A DNA stretch of 63,913 nt, filler included, from Octopus bimaculoides (taxonomy: Eukaryota): the NCBI RefSeq assembly GCF_001194135.2. It is 8 parts of 7 records of this genome, joined end to end, with 100 filler letters (N's around TTAATTAATTAA, not from the genome) between each part and the next. Parts side by side here need not be neighbours in the genome. Positions count along the whole stretch, not along the records: positions 8,834 to 15,632 come from NC_069010.1; positions 15,733 to 23,973 come from NC_068985.1; positions 24,074 to 35,839 come from NC_069003.1; 5 more parts are not named here. One strand, given 5' to 3'. Position numbers and translations under genes: made by a program. Positions within the stretch are counted from its first letter, which is position 1, and every line of letters starts with the position of its first letter. The notes beneath the pieces are model-generated. The model had not been told where the DNA came from and did no database searches. It was given only the letters and a program-made list of their open reading frames with translations. Positions 12,045-24,235 of the stretch are shown piece after piece.

Positions 12045-12886
12045 CACACACACAGACACACACACACACGCACGCACGCACGCGCACGCACACACATACA
12101 GACACACACACACACACAGACACACGCACACACACACTCNNNNNNNNNNNNNNNNNNNNNNNNNNNNNNNNNNNNNNNNNNNNNNNNNNNNNNNNNNNNN
12201 NNNNNNNNNNNNNNNNNNNNNNNNNNNNNNNNNNNNNNNNNNNNNNNNNNNNNNNNNNNNNNNNNNNNNNNNNNNNNNNNNNNNNNNNNNNNNNNNNNNN
12301 NNNNNNNNNNNNNNNNNNNNNNNNNNNNNNNNNNNNNNNNNNNNNNNNNNNNNNNNNNNNNNNNNNNNNNNNNNNNNNNNNNNNNNNNNNNNNNNNNNNN
12401 NNNNNNNNNNNNNNNNNNNNNNNNNNNNNNNNNNNNNNNNNNNNNNNNNNNNNNNNNNNNNNNNNNNNNNNNNNNNNNNNNNNNNNNNNNNNNNNNNNNN
12501 NNNNNNNNNNNNNNNNNNNNNNNNNNNNNNNNNNNNNNNNNNNNNNNNNNNNNNNNNNNNNNNNNNNNNNNNNNNNNNNNNNNNNNNNNNNNNNNNNNNN
12601 NNNNNNNNNNNNNNNNNNNNNNNNNNNNNNNNNNNNNNNNNNNNNNNNNNNNNNNNNNNNNNNNNNNNNNNNNNNNNNNNNNNNNNNNNNNNNNNNNNNN
12701 NNNNNNNNNNNNNNNNNNNNNNNNNNNNNNNNNNNNNNNNNNNNNNNNNNNNNNACACACACACACACACAGACACGCAGACACACGCACACAGACACAC
12801 ACACACACGCACACACACGCACGCACACACACACACACACACACTCATGTTTACATATCAATTCTTTCCTTCTTTGCAACTTACAG

Positions 12887-13045
12887 GACGTGATTCTTAC
12901 GAGTGGATGTTCCAGTGCCATTGATCTCTGTATCACAGTTCTGGCCAACAAAGGTCAGAATATTCTTGTCCCACGACCTGGATTCTCCCTCTATAAAACT
13001 GTCGCAAACTCTGTTGATATTGAAATCAAATTTTACAATCTACTG
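12887..13045 (+). CDS. TAT: Tyrosine aminotransferase, internal exon (159 bp): [53 protein letters not shown]
   Basis: ttacag acceptor and gtgagt donor; very close to vertebrate [39 protein letters not shown]. Confidence 0.97.
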
Positions 13046-13343
13046 GTGAGTAACACTACAGAATACGTTGCATGTACACTACTATCTCTGAGTCTGTGCG
13101 TGGTGTGTGACTGTGTTCACATGTGCATTTTTTTCTCTTTTTATCTTTTACTTGTTTCAGTCATTGAATTACGGCCATACCTTGGCACGGCCGTGAAGAG
13201 TTTAATCAACCCAGTACTTATTTTTTAAATCTGGTCCTTAGTCTATCACTCTCTTTTGCTGAACTGCTAAGTTACAACTGTAACCATATGGAAATATTAA
13301 ATCTTCATCTGCTTTTTACATTTTCTGATTTTTCTGTTTTATA

Positions 13344-13374
<31 letters not shown>

Positions 13375-14486
13375 NNNNNNNNNNNNNNNNNNNNNNNNNN
13401 NNNNNNNNNNNNNNNNNNNNNNNNNNNNNNNNNNNNNNNNNNNNNNNNNNNNNNNNNNNNNNNNNNNNNNNNNNNNNNNNNNNNNNNNNNNNNNNNNNNN
13501 NNNNNNNNNNNNNNNNNNNNNNNNNNNNNNNNNNNNNNNNNNNNNNNNNNNNNNNNNNNNNNNNNNNNNNNNNNNNNNNNNNNNNNNNNNNNNNNNNNNN
13601 NNNNNNNNNNNNNNNNNNNNNNNNNNNNNNNNNNNNNNNNNNNNNNNNNNNNNNNNNNNNNNNNNNNNNNNNNNNNNNNNNNNNNNNNNNNNNNNNNNNN
13701 NNNNNNNNNNNNNNNNNNNNNNNNNNNNNNNNNNNNNNNNNNNNNNNNNNNNNNNNNNNNNNNNNNNNNNNNNNNNNNNNNNNNNNNNNNNNNNNNNNNN
13801 NNNNNNNNNNNNNNNNNNNNNNNNNNNNNNNNNNNNNNNNNNNNNNNNNNNNNNNNNNNNNNNNNNNNNNNNNNNNNNNNNNNNNNNNNNNNNNNNNNNN
13901 NNNNNNNNNNNNNNNNNNNNNNNNNNNNNNNNNNNNNNNNNNNNNNNNNNNNNNNNNNNNNNNNNNNNNNNNNNNNNNNNNNNNNNNNNNNNNNNNNNNN
14001 NNNNNNNNNNNNNNNNNNNNNNNNNNNNNNNNNNNNNNNNNNNNNNNNNNNNNNNNNNNNNNNNNNNNNNNNNNNNNNNNNNNNNNNNNNNNNNNNNNNN
14101 NNNNNNNNNNNNNNNNNNNNNNNNNNNNNNNNNNNNNNNNNNNNNNNNNNNNNNNNNNNNNNNNNNNNNNNNNNNNNNNTATATATATATATATATATAA
14201 ATTCAATAATAGGATGAACTCACGCTATATATATATATATATATATATATAATTATCTTAATGTCATAAACGGCTCCAATCTACATTAGGCACTCGGCCA
14301 TAAACTGCTTGAAAACGCTCCTTATCACTAGGTACACAAACCAGTTGCACAGGATATGAGCCATAACATTTCAAGGTCACTCATGCACACAGAAGGCTTC
14401 ATAAAAGCTTGATTTCCATCTTGCTCTGGCCGTGCTTGTTTTGGTTGTGTTTTAAGATCATTCCTTGATATTTTTCACAAATTTTT

Positions 14487-14958
14487 GTGGGGAGCAAGTT
14501 TGTTGCTAAAACAGCCGACACTGTGTCTGAAAGCGATTTTTCATTTGGCAATTTTATCGATCATATGATCGAGGAGAATGCACAAGGGCTTGGTATTGAC
14601 GACCAAAGTGATGTACCTGTGTCATCAGTGCATACAAGTGATCTTTCAGACTTCAGGGAGGAAGAAATTTCAGACTTGTCGACTTTGTCGGACGATTCGG
14701 ATTACGATGATTTGGAGTGGACTGACATTATCACAGACACTGAAAAGGGTACATTTATTCAAGCTACTGGGCCTACAAAACCTCTGTCAGTGACAGCAGA
14801 GCCAATTGAGTACTTAATCCAGTTGTTTCCAACTACAGTATTTGAGTGATTAGTTGAGCAGACGATCTTGTATGCCAGACAGAAGAACAATGAGAACTTT
14901 ACGATCAGTAAAATGAAGGCATATATGGGAATTTTAATTCACATGGAGGTCAGTAAAT
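14487..14958 (+). pseudogene. piggyBac transposase N-terminal fragment
   Basis: Acidic N-terminus, then W...F...GP...PIEYLIQLFP..VFE*LVEQTILYARQ...KMKAYMGILIHM, the PGBD/DDE_Tnp_1_7 entry motif, with one in-frame stop. Confidence 0.8.
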
Positions 14959-15086
14959 ATTTTGGTGAAGGTAAAGAATATGCACACCCAATGTTTAGGT
15001 TTAGGGTGAGGGTTTGGGGTTAGGGTTAGGGTTTTTGTTATGCTGGAAACAGGTGATGTGCGTATTCTTTACTGCTACCAATATTT
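14955..15086. mobile_element. Small fold-back element with ~30-bp inverted arms enclosing TTAGGG-like repeats
   Basis: Arms aaatattttggtgaaggtaaagaatatgcaca and tgtgcgtattctttactgctaccaatattt; loop contains ttagggtgagggtttggggttagggttaggg. Confidence 0.7.
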
Positions 15087-15323
15087 TTGTTGTTGTTGTT
15101 GTTTGTTTTACTAACAAGTAAATATAATACCATTCAAATGTTTTTTTTTTATTTGATTTGTTAAAGTTTTATACTAATTACAGCTAAAATAAACAAACCC
15201 ATCAACATGTAGCAATGTCAAGAAAAATAATCCTCTGAACATGTATAACAACCATATCATCATATACTCCTAAAATATTGCAATTCAACCATTAGAAAAG
15301 AAGTTATTACATTATTATATTAT

Positions 15324-15632
15324 TTGTTCCTAACACTGGCTAATAACTAAGTTATTTTACTAAATTGTTTGTTATATTTAAAATTAATTGAAAGAAACGC
15401 AGAGCATCTCAACAGAAATATGGTAACAAAAGGGTTAAAGTCACCATGATGATTTTAATCCTTTTGATACCAACCTGGTTGAAACTGCTTTTGGCTCTGT
15501 AGTACAAATGTCTTGTTTTCAAAAGTTCTGAATTAAAATCTTCCACCCAACTTTAGTCACAATTTATGTTCCTAACACTGGCTAATAACTAAGTTATTTT
15601 ACTAAATTGTTTGTTATATTTAAAATTAATTT
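15324..15632. repeat. Tandem copies of an ...AAAAGGGTTAA-terminated MITE; second copy cut by the scaffold end
   Basis: The ~70-bp block ttcctaacactggctaataactaag...aaaattaatt occurs at ~15326 and ~15568. Confidence 0.65.
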
Positions 15633-15732
15633 NNNNNNNNNNNNNNNNNNNNNNNNNNNNNNNNNNNNNNNNNNNNTTAATTAATTAANNNNNNNNNNNN
15701 NNNNNNNNNNNNNNNNNNNNNNNNNNNNNNNN
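15633..15732. other. Artificial scaffold-joining spacer
   Basis: 44 N + TTAATTAATTAA + 44 N. Confidence 0.97.
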
Positions 15733-15747
15733 TATATATATATATAT

Positions 15748-16888
15748 GAAGAATAGAGCTTGATGCCACTACCCTCATTTGCACCTCTTGCCGCGAGGTA
15801 GATTCATCTGGGACTCTCGAAAGGAAGAGGTCCAGTTTTGATCTGAAAACTCCTACATGCACTTTGCTTAGGCCCCTCAGGCTCTTTGGGAGAATATAAA
15901 GCTGAGGGCCCTTGAAGCCTAGGCTGTTGCAGTAACTAGTCCTGAAGCGCGATGGCTTTCCCGGGATTTTTGGTACTGTGAAGTGTCGACCCGTACAAGC
16001 TTTGGTGTAGCTTTCAATGCCAAAATTTGGCACACTTCTGTCAAGGATATTCCAGATATATATTACTGCCTATCTCCCCCCCACGCCGGCTTCGCTCCAG
16101 GGAATAGATTCGTAACTCTTTCAGTCTTTCCCCGAAGCTGAGCTATTGCAATGAGACGATCTTTGTGAAGTTTCGCTGGATTTCTTCAAGGTCCGCTGTT
16201 AATTTTACACTGTAGGTGACCATAGCTGGGAGCAGTAATTCAGGCGGACGAGGACGAATGTCCTCCAAGGAACCATCATAATTTCCTTTTCTCTGGTTCT
16301 GAACATTCTAAAGATCTATTCAGGCAGTCATACCATGGACTTCGAAAGAGTTATCATCACTCATGTCAATACCTAGGTCCCTCAATGATTTAGGCGCTGG
16401 GATTGTTATCACATGTGGGCCAGTGTACCCTGTAAGGTTCATATTCCGTTTTGGACACTGGTTGCGCAGGACTTGTAAGTTTTCNNNNNNNNNNNNNNNN
16501 NNNNNNNNNNNNNNNNNNNNNNNNNNNNNNNNNNNNNNNNNNNNNNNNNNNNNNNNNNNNNNNNNNNNNNNNNNNNNNNNNNNNNNNNNNNNNNNNNNNN
16601 NNNNNNNNNNNNNNNNNNNNNNNNNNNNNNNNNNNNNNNNNNNNNNNNNNNNNNNNNNNNNNNNNNNNNNNNNNNNNNNNNNNNNNNNNNNNNNNNNNNN
16701 NNNNNNNNNNNNNNTCTGTATCGTCTTTCGTATCGTCTGTGTAGCTAGCAAGGGTAACTATCCGGGCAGTTGTGTGCATATCTGAGAGGGTGACTATGAA
16801 AAGCAGTGGTCCCAAGGCAGTGCCCTATGGAACACCGCTAACTATTTGGAATTTCATTGAGGTGGCTCCATTGTCCACTACTGCCTGT
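15748..16888 (-). mobile_element. CR1-clade LINE, 3' part of ORF2 (end of RT domain to C-terminus), decayed, spans an N gap
   Basis: GPLLFIVTLSDM...LASYTDDTK (ADD motif), ERLKELRIYSLER, and NSLGFKGPQLY..LPKSLR...FRSKLDLFLSRVPD; same family as 59282-60295. Confidence 0.85.
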
Positions 16889-17360
16889 CATATATATATT
16901 AATGGTTCTTAAGCATAGGAGAATCACAGATGATATTAATTAATGCAGAAATTCATATGCATCCTGGAAACGTATATACTCTAAAGGTTACTCCACTGAG
17001 AGTTGGCAGAAAAAAGAGGTTATGTGAGTTACCATCAAATGCCGAGTTCATAGAACATCTATAAACGCCAGCCCTCGGCATGCACGGAGTTATGTGGGTC
17101 AAAGACCTAATAGACTTCAATCTTAGAATGTACAGACCAACAGACTCGTCTCAAAGTAGTTGCAGTTGAATGTTAAGCAACCACTTTAGTATAGTTTAAG
17201 TGAAAAAACTTTTGACACAAAGTAATAGATGTTTAAGTAGAGTTATTACTTCTTGTGCCTTCCAGAATTGCTAATATGTGTTTATGTGTTTTGTACTTTG
17301 CGACAGTTGTAGCTTCAATACACGGTCTTGGCCCTAAACTCATTCGTGTTGGGCACGACA

Positions 17361-17405
<45 letters not shown>

Positions 17406-17760
17406 ACATTGTTTTATTGTTTTACTTGCTCAGTTATTTACCTGGGGCCATCCTGGAGCACCGCCTTTTAGTCAAGGGTGTCGACCCCTGGACTTAATCT
17501 TTGTAAACCTGGTACTTATTATATATGTGTATTCAGCCGAATCGCTAAATTACGGCCACGTAATTACACCAAAATCAGTTGTCAAGAGATGGTGAGGTCA
17601 AACACAAAGATATATATAAATGTACACGAAAGGCTTCTTTCACCTTCCGTCTACCAAATCCACTTACGGCAGACGTCACATGCCCAAGGTGCTGAGCAGT
17701 TGGACTGAGCCTGGAACCACATGGTTGAGAAGCAAGATTCTTATCACATAGCCCCTCCTG

Positions 17761-17793
<33 letters not shown>

Positions 17794-18954
17794 NNNNNNN
17801 NNNNNNNNNNNNNNNNNNNNNNNNNNNNNNNNNNNNNNNNNNNNNNNNNNNNNNNNNNNNNNNNNNNNNNNNNNNNNNNNNNNNNNNNNNNNNNNNNNNN
17901 NNNNNNNNNNNNNNNNNNNNNNNNNNNNNNNNNNNNNNNNNNNNNNNNNNNNNNNNNNNNNNNNNNNNNNNNNNNNNNNNNNNNNNNNNNNNNNNNNNNN
18001 NNNNNNNNNNNNNNNNNNNNNNNNNNNNNNNNNNNNNNNNNNNNNNNNNNNNNNNNNNNNNNNNNNNNNNNNNNNNNNNNNNNNNNNNNNNNNNNNNNNN
18101 NNNNNNNNNNNNNNNNNNNNNNNNNNNNNNNNNNNNNNNNNNNNNNNNNNNNNNNNNNNNNNNNNNNNNNNNNNNNNNNNNNNNNNNNNNNNNNNNNNNN
18201 NNNNNNNNNNNNNNNNNNNNNNNNNNNNNNNNNNNNNNNNNNNNNNNNNNNNNNNNNNNNNNNNNNAAATTAAGCAACAGGGTATCAAGTAGTGATGAAG
18301 TACGACCGTTTTAACTAGCTCCATTTAATTGAACAATGCAATCATTACATCAAGTTAAATGTAGTGCCATCATGATGTGCACAAATAAATAAATAGAATT
18401 GTAACCATTTGGACACATTAATATATTTTTTCTCAAATACCTTAACTAAGTAAGAAGATGGAAGAAATTCATGTCGCTATTATAGCTAAGAATAGACTAC
18501 ACATACAAGAATCGTACGAAGCCCAATGGAGTCATAGCTTGTAAAGGTTTGTGATACGTTTCTAATTCAGTTTTCTCTTTATCAACTACTAAATCTAAGA
18601 CTAGAGGACTGAGTCTGTTTTGAATAAAGGGCAAGTGTTAGTTGACAGCTCATGTCTAGGTACGGTCATGAATATTGTCATATTTATCCCTTTTCCTTAG
18701 GGAGCAAAGTAGACATTAGGTATAGTCAATCGGATATAGAGTAACTGCCTATAAATGGAGGCCGCGTAGGAGAAGACTCTAAATTAGGATGCTAATTACC
18801 AATTAGTGCAAGACGCTAAAAAACCTAGAAAGTTAATACTACTTGATATTCTGTTGCTTATTTTGATTTTATTCACCTTACTTCGAGTTGTGCGGATAGT
18901 AACGGGCTGACTTGGTGCTTCAGCTTAAATAGGTATTTCAACTGAATCTCAATT

Positions 18955-18985
<31 letters not shown>

Positions 18986-19096
18986 NNNNNNNNNNNNNNN
19001 NNNNNNNNNNNNNNNNNNNNNNNNNNNNNNNNNNNNNNNNNNNNNNNNNNNNNNNNNNNNNNNNNNNNNNNNNNNNNNNNNNNNNNNNNNNNNNNN

Positions 19097-19985
19097 CACA
19101 AAAAATTCAGCAGAACTGTCGGATTTTCAAAGAGATCGTACTGTTTAGCAATCTGAGGCTGGTGTCAGCCAGCGAAAAATTGCCGAAAATCTTCAAATTC
19201 CTCTTACCACTGTTAATGGAATTATAGTGCAATTCAAGAGCCAAGGAAAAGAATCAACAGATTCTCGTGCCAGCCGACCTGGCCCCTCGGAAAGGAAGCT
19301 TCGCTGTTTGAAGTGAATTGTGGACAATGAACACCGTTCGAAGGCCTCTGACATTACAAAACAGCCAGAAGTTAGTCCACGGACGTGTGTTACATACTTG
19401 CATAAGCTTGGGTATTATGGACGAGCAGCTAGAAGAAAACCTCTCTTTCGGCCACTTAATATAATTAAAAATAAAGGAATGGGCTAAGGAGATGTCAGAA
19501 AAATCCAGTTCATTTTGTAATAGAATGATTTTGTTAGATGAATCCAGATTTGCATTATTTTCAGACAGTGGACGTGTTTGGGTCTGGAGGCTTCCCAGTC
19601 AAGAATTTGATTTGAAACGAATCCAACCGACTGTGAAGGATGGCGGTATATCTGAAATGGTATGGGATGCTGTCACCAGCAATGGTCATTCTGAGCTGAT
19701 CGAATGTGTTGGAACCATAAATCCTGAAAAATACATCGACATACTTAAGCAAGGGCTACTTCCGATATATTCACGCGATACCATAACGAAAAATGAGTCT
19801 TTACTCATGGAAGATGGGGCTCCATGACACACAGCGAAAAGGAATCAAAATGGATGAGTGAAAGTGGGATCAAAAAGCTTCCATGGCCGAACCAATCTCC
19901 TGACATGAACCAGATTGAAAATCTTTGGAGCATACTAGGTAGAGCTATACGAAAAACACAACAGAAACCTAAATCTAAAGATTGT
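19097..19985 (+). pseudogene. Tc1-family transposase pseudogene
   Basis: HTH region [16 protein letters not shown], then DESRFALFSDSGRVWVWR, MEDGAP*H and WPNQSPDMNQIENLW, with stops and frameshifts. Confidence 0.9.
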
Positions 19986-20631
19986 TTCGATTGTTGCGTG
20001 AAGCCGAATAACATGGAAATGCAGCAATTGTTAATCCTCTCCTTCCATGATCACATTGATAAGCGGGTATATGTTGTTGGACTTGTTGAATCGTTGACTG
20101 GAAAAATGCCAGCGTCTGTGATGAAAAAGCATTTACCATTTTCCGAAACCCGGGGTTTATGTCTGTAGACAGCTTTCACCTTTTTCAAGCCCCTACCGTG
20201 AAGCATGGTGGTGACTTGCTTTGCAATATCTCGGAATTTGGTTGGATGTTTAGTTGTTTTACATAGCTGTATTATCACCATGAAGCATCTGAATATATTG
20301 GTTTATAATTGTCCATTCTGTTAATATGAATACTTTTCGGTGATTGCAGCATACTCATCTACTCATCCAGGAATAAAATTGGGCAATTCTCAGGGTTAAC
20401 GTTATTCATAATTGTAACGAAGAGCACAAATGTGAAGCAGACCAATTGGATTAGGTCTCACAATCAGTGTCTCTCTTAATAATTGAAGACATGCTGGAGT
20501 TTAAACGGCAAATCTGGAGCCACTTCATTATGATATCGTGACTGAAAGGTTTGAGCCAGTTTTTACTTGAAAATAACTATGAATGCTCCTTACAGCCATT
20601 AACATCTTGCACATCTCAAATCCTCACCGTA

Positions 20632-21836
20632 TTAGGGCGTCAAGTATGAAATTTGTAGTAAGGTATATGGTAAACTTTGATAGATGCTCATTTTGCGCCA
20701 TTATTATATTTTGACAATATTTTGTTAGTAAGCTGACACATCTATGTCTTTATTCTAACTCATTTTGCGCTTTATAAAGTATCTATAAATCGTTTTTTGC
20801 TGTTTTTGTTTAGAGATGGATATTCGTTAGAGATGGAAATTCGTACACTTTTGAAATACAGCATCACAAACAGCTCGGAATATTATTAGAATATTTCATT
20901 CTAATGTTATTACACAGCAGACAGTATCAAATTACCTTGCAAAAGTTTGTTCTGGTAACTTTGACCTCACAAATGAGCAACGCGGCCGACCAGAAACAAA
21001 TGTGGATAATGACGAACTGAAATCTACCATCGAGTCAGATCCATCTCAGAGTGCCCGTGAATTATCGCTGCTGTTTCTTGTGATCAAGAAAACAATAGTG
21101 ACTCATCAAGTTCAAATCGGTAAGATGAAAATGTTGGATAAGTGGGTTCCACATGAACTCAGTGAAAATCAGAAACTTGCATTATGCTACTTTCTCGTCA
21201 CAAAAATTAATCCTTTTTTAATTGAATTGTAACCTGATATGAGAAATGGATCCAATACAACAACTGTAAACGTTCAGCACAATGGTTGGACAAAGGCGAA
21301 CCACCAAAATACAGTTTAAAAAGCAAAGTTCATTAGAAGAAGCTCATGGTGTGTGTTTGGTGGTCTGGGGCAGGTGTGATCCATTATAATTTCATTAAAT
21401 CTGGCTCATCAATGACGGCCGAAGTATACTGCAGCCAAATGGAACAGATGATGCAGAAACTTTAAAAAACCAACCACTCCTATTTTATTGCAAGACAACG
21501 CTTGACTACACAGTAAAAATGACATTGGCGAAACTACAGGAGTTAGAGTTGGAAGTTCTCCATTATCCACCATACTCACCCGATCTTGCAGAATTTGGAT
21601 AGCTTTTGATGAAAAAAAAATAATTCCGACTATGCTGTAAAACAGATCTTCCAATATTTTATTGACTCTAGATTGCCATGTTTTTACAGTTCTGGGCTGG
21701 ATAAGCTTCCGCTGAAATGGCAAAAGTGTACTGACAATATGGGTACACACTTTGATGAATAAACCTATTCCTTTTATTTATAAAACATTAGCAAACTTCT
21801 TTTTCTTTTCTACAAACTTCGTACTTTACGACCTAA
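20632..21836 (+). mobile_element. Full-length decayed mariner transposon (~1.2 kb) with both TIRs and TA target duplication
   Basis: TIRs ttagggcgtcaagtatgaaatttgtag and ctacaaacttcgtactttacgacctaa flanked by TA; WVPHEL, DEKW-like, QDNA and YPPYSPDLA motifs in broken frames. Confidence 0.92.
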
Positions 21837-23850
21837 TATTAAATCTGTAATTGATGCCAAAGATGGGCCATCTCCGTATAAATAATGTAAGTTCAATTTA
21901 ACAATTCTTTCTAATATTTTACCTGACCCCTGTACAGTAATATACTTACATATCTAAAGAACATTCTGTGAAGCAAACGGAATAGTTTGAAACACGATCA
22001 TCAAATATTTCACAATTTGAATTTGTTTAAATGCATGAACAGAAGCAGAAATAAATCGTTCTGAACACTTACTCTGTACTTGCAACTTATTTTATTTCAT
22101 GTTTGATAAAGGGAGTTTATTTTTACCTTGCGCAGTTAGGTGTCCAATGTAAAGGTGTAAACAGATTTCATGTTTATGTTACGTTTTATTTTTCTTGAAA
22201 TTCTTCATGTTATGAAGCAAGACACGTCGTATATAAAAATCTTTTCGTATATTTTGTTCTCCTAAAATTTGTTTTAAATAATATCTTCATCAGTCATTAC
22301 AACTATCTTCTAACATTGCCCTGAATCATGGCGTTGATTTAGACAAAAATATTAAATTATTTGACTTGGTTAAACTCTGATCTTTGTTGGCCTGTTACTA
22401 TAAATTCAGTTCTCTACCAAATATGTGAATTCATATTTTCGTAAAATAATTCTTAATTTCTTGAAATTATTTTCCGCTTACTTCCTGAGTGACTCTCAAT
22501 TAGCAGGAGGTTTCTGTTTACCTTCAGAAAGAATGAAATTTGAATTCAATAATTTATTTCGTTAGGTCATTGGCATCACCACCTACCTCATTTGTAAAAA
22601 TATTGAATTCATTCAAGTTATAAACAGCATTTTAGCGACATAATCATCATCATCCGTACTATTTTCGCATTTATTGCTGTCGTCATCGTTGATGTAAAAG
22701 TCCTCCTCGTGATGATGATGAGGTACAGGAGGAGGAGGAGGAGGAAGTGGATGATGATGATGATGATGATCATCATCATCATTATCATCGTCATGGCTAT
22801 TTTCATCAACCTCATTGTCATCTTAAACGATATTACAACATCAAATTTCGTTGCTTCCTTTATGAAGTTGTTGAGATAGATTATTACAAACAAACACTGT
22901 GTTAACAAATGATACTTTAAATGCAACATGAACGCTGGAATTTTGGTGAAATCAATGAGTAAGAAAAGAGAAAATTCATCAAAAGGTATTATTTCACTGA
23001 TGTAGTTAGAAATGTTCTCTTCAGACATAACGTGAGCAGGAGTTCTTTGACATGAAATAGCATATTAAATCTTTAGATTAGAAACCATAATACATTTCAG
23101 TTTTGACTAATGAATGAGAGAACTACATTTTACATGGAAGATACATTCTACAAATATCTCCTGTGTTGTTTGGATTTTAGCAGCAATCACAATTTAATGC
23201 GAGCAACGTTTCTGATTTTTATCAAAGAACCTGAATAATTAATAAGGACTAATTTACAATGTTTAGGTTGTTTACGCTAATATCAGTTTCAGGTGAATAC
23301 TGGACTATGAATGATATAGGACCATTATGCAGCCTACGATAAATTTCGATGTGGGCTGTAGACTGATGTGCTCTTAAAGAGTAATGTTTTATTCTAGTTC
23401 GTACTAAATCGTAATGCTGTGAACGGTGCAGAAATATTACTATGAATGGTTGTACGGTTTATGTAAACGAAACATCGCAAATGTTGATTTAATGAATGGT
23501 GCAGTAATTAGCAAATGAAATTGTTATCAGACGTTGTGAAGGTTATATCACAGGTTAAAGTTAGTAATTTTGATAAATCAATTGAAGTAAACATTCATAA
23601 TTAGATTAAATTCTGAAATGTATCGTTACAGTTTTGAATTATGAATGTGTCAAAATTACCTTCCATTCAAGAAGCTAATGGGCAAAATCGATAGACTGGT
23701 CAGTAGAATGCCTTGCGGTGTTTGATAATGTCCTGTCACAATGTCCGTTGGAAATACCAGGTTGGTGTACGAGTCTGTTCTTTGCATGCTTCATGTTCCA
23801 TTCATACATACATACCCATATCTATCTATCTATTTATCTATCTATCTATA

Positions 23851-23896
<46 letters not shown>

Positions 23897-23904
23897 CCAA
23901 TCTC

Positions 23905-23973
<69 letters not shown>

Positions 23974-24073
23974 NNNNNNNNNNNNNNNNNNNNNNNNNNN
24001 NNNNNNNNNNNNNNNNNTTAATTAATTAANNNNNNNNNNNNNNNNNNNNNNNNNNNNNNNNNNNNNNNNNNNN
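23974..24073. other. Artificial scaffold-joining spacer
   Basis: 44 N + TTAATTAATTAA + 44 N. Confidence 0.97.
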
Positions 24074-24113
<40 letters not shown>

Positions 24114-24201
24114 TTACATGTCCATTGTATCAACAAGTGATGATCTACTCAAGTTTCACTCTGACAACTGGCTGATACTGTATGCCTGTATGTGTGTGTG
24201 C

Positions 24202-24235
<34 letters not shown>

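Noticed and set aside
11945-14252. Long ORFs of 290-412 aa in the track, and similar ones at 17575, 30165, 31880 and 33218
   Set aside because: They consist of N-gap X residues and microsatellite translations ([12 protein letters not shown]).
22750-22795. (GAT)n(CAT)n palindrome and ORF 22618..23028
   Set aside because: Abutting trinucleotide microsatellites; the poly-Met/Ile translation has no domain support.
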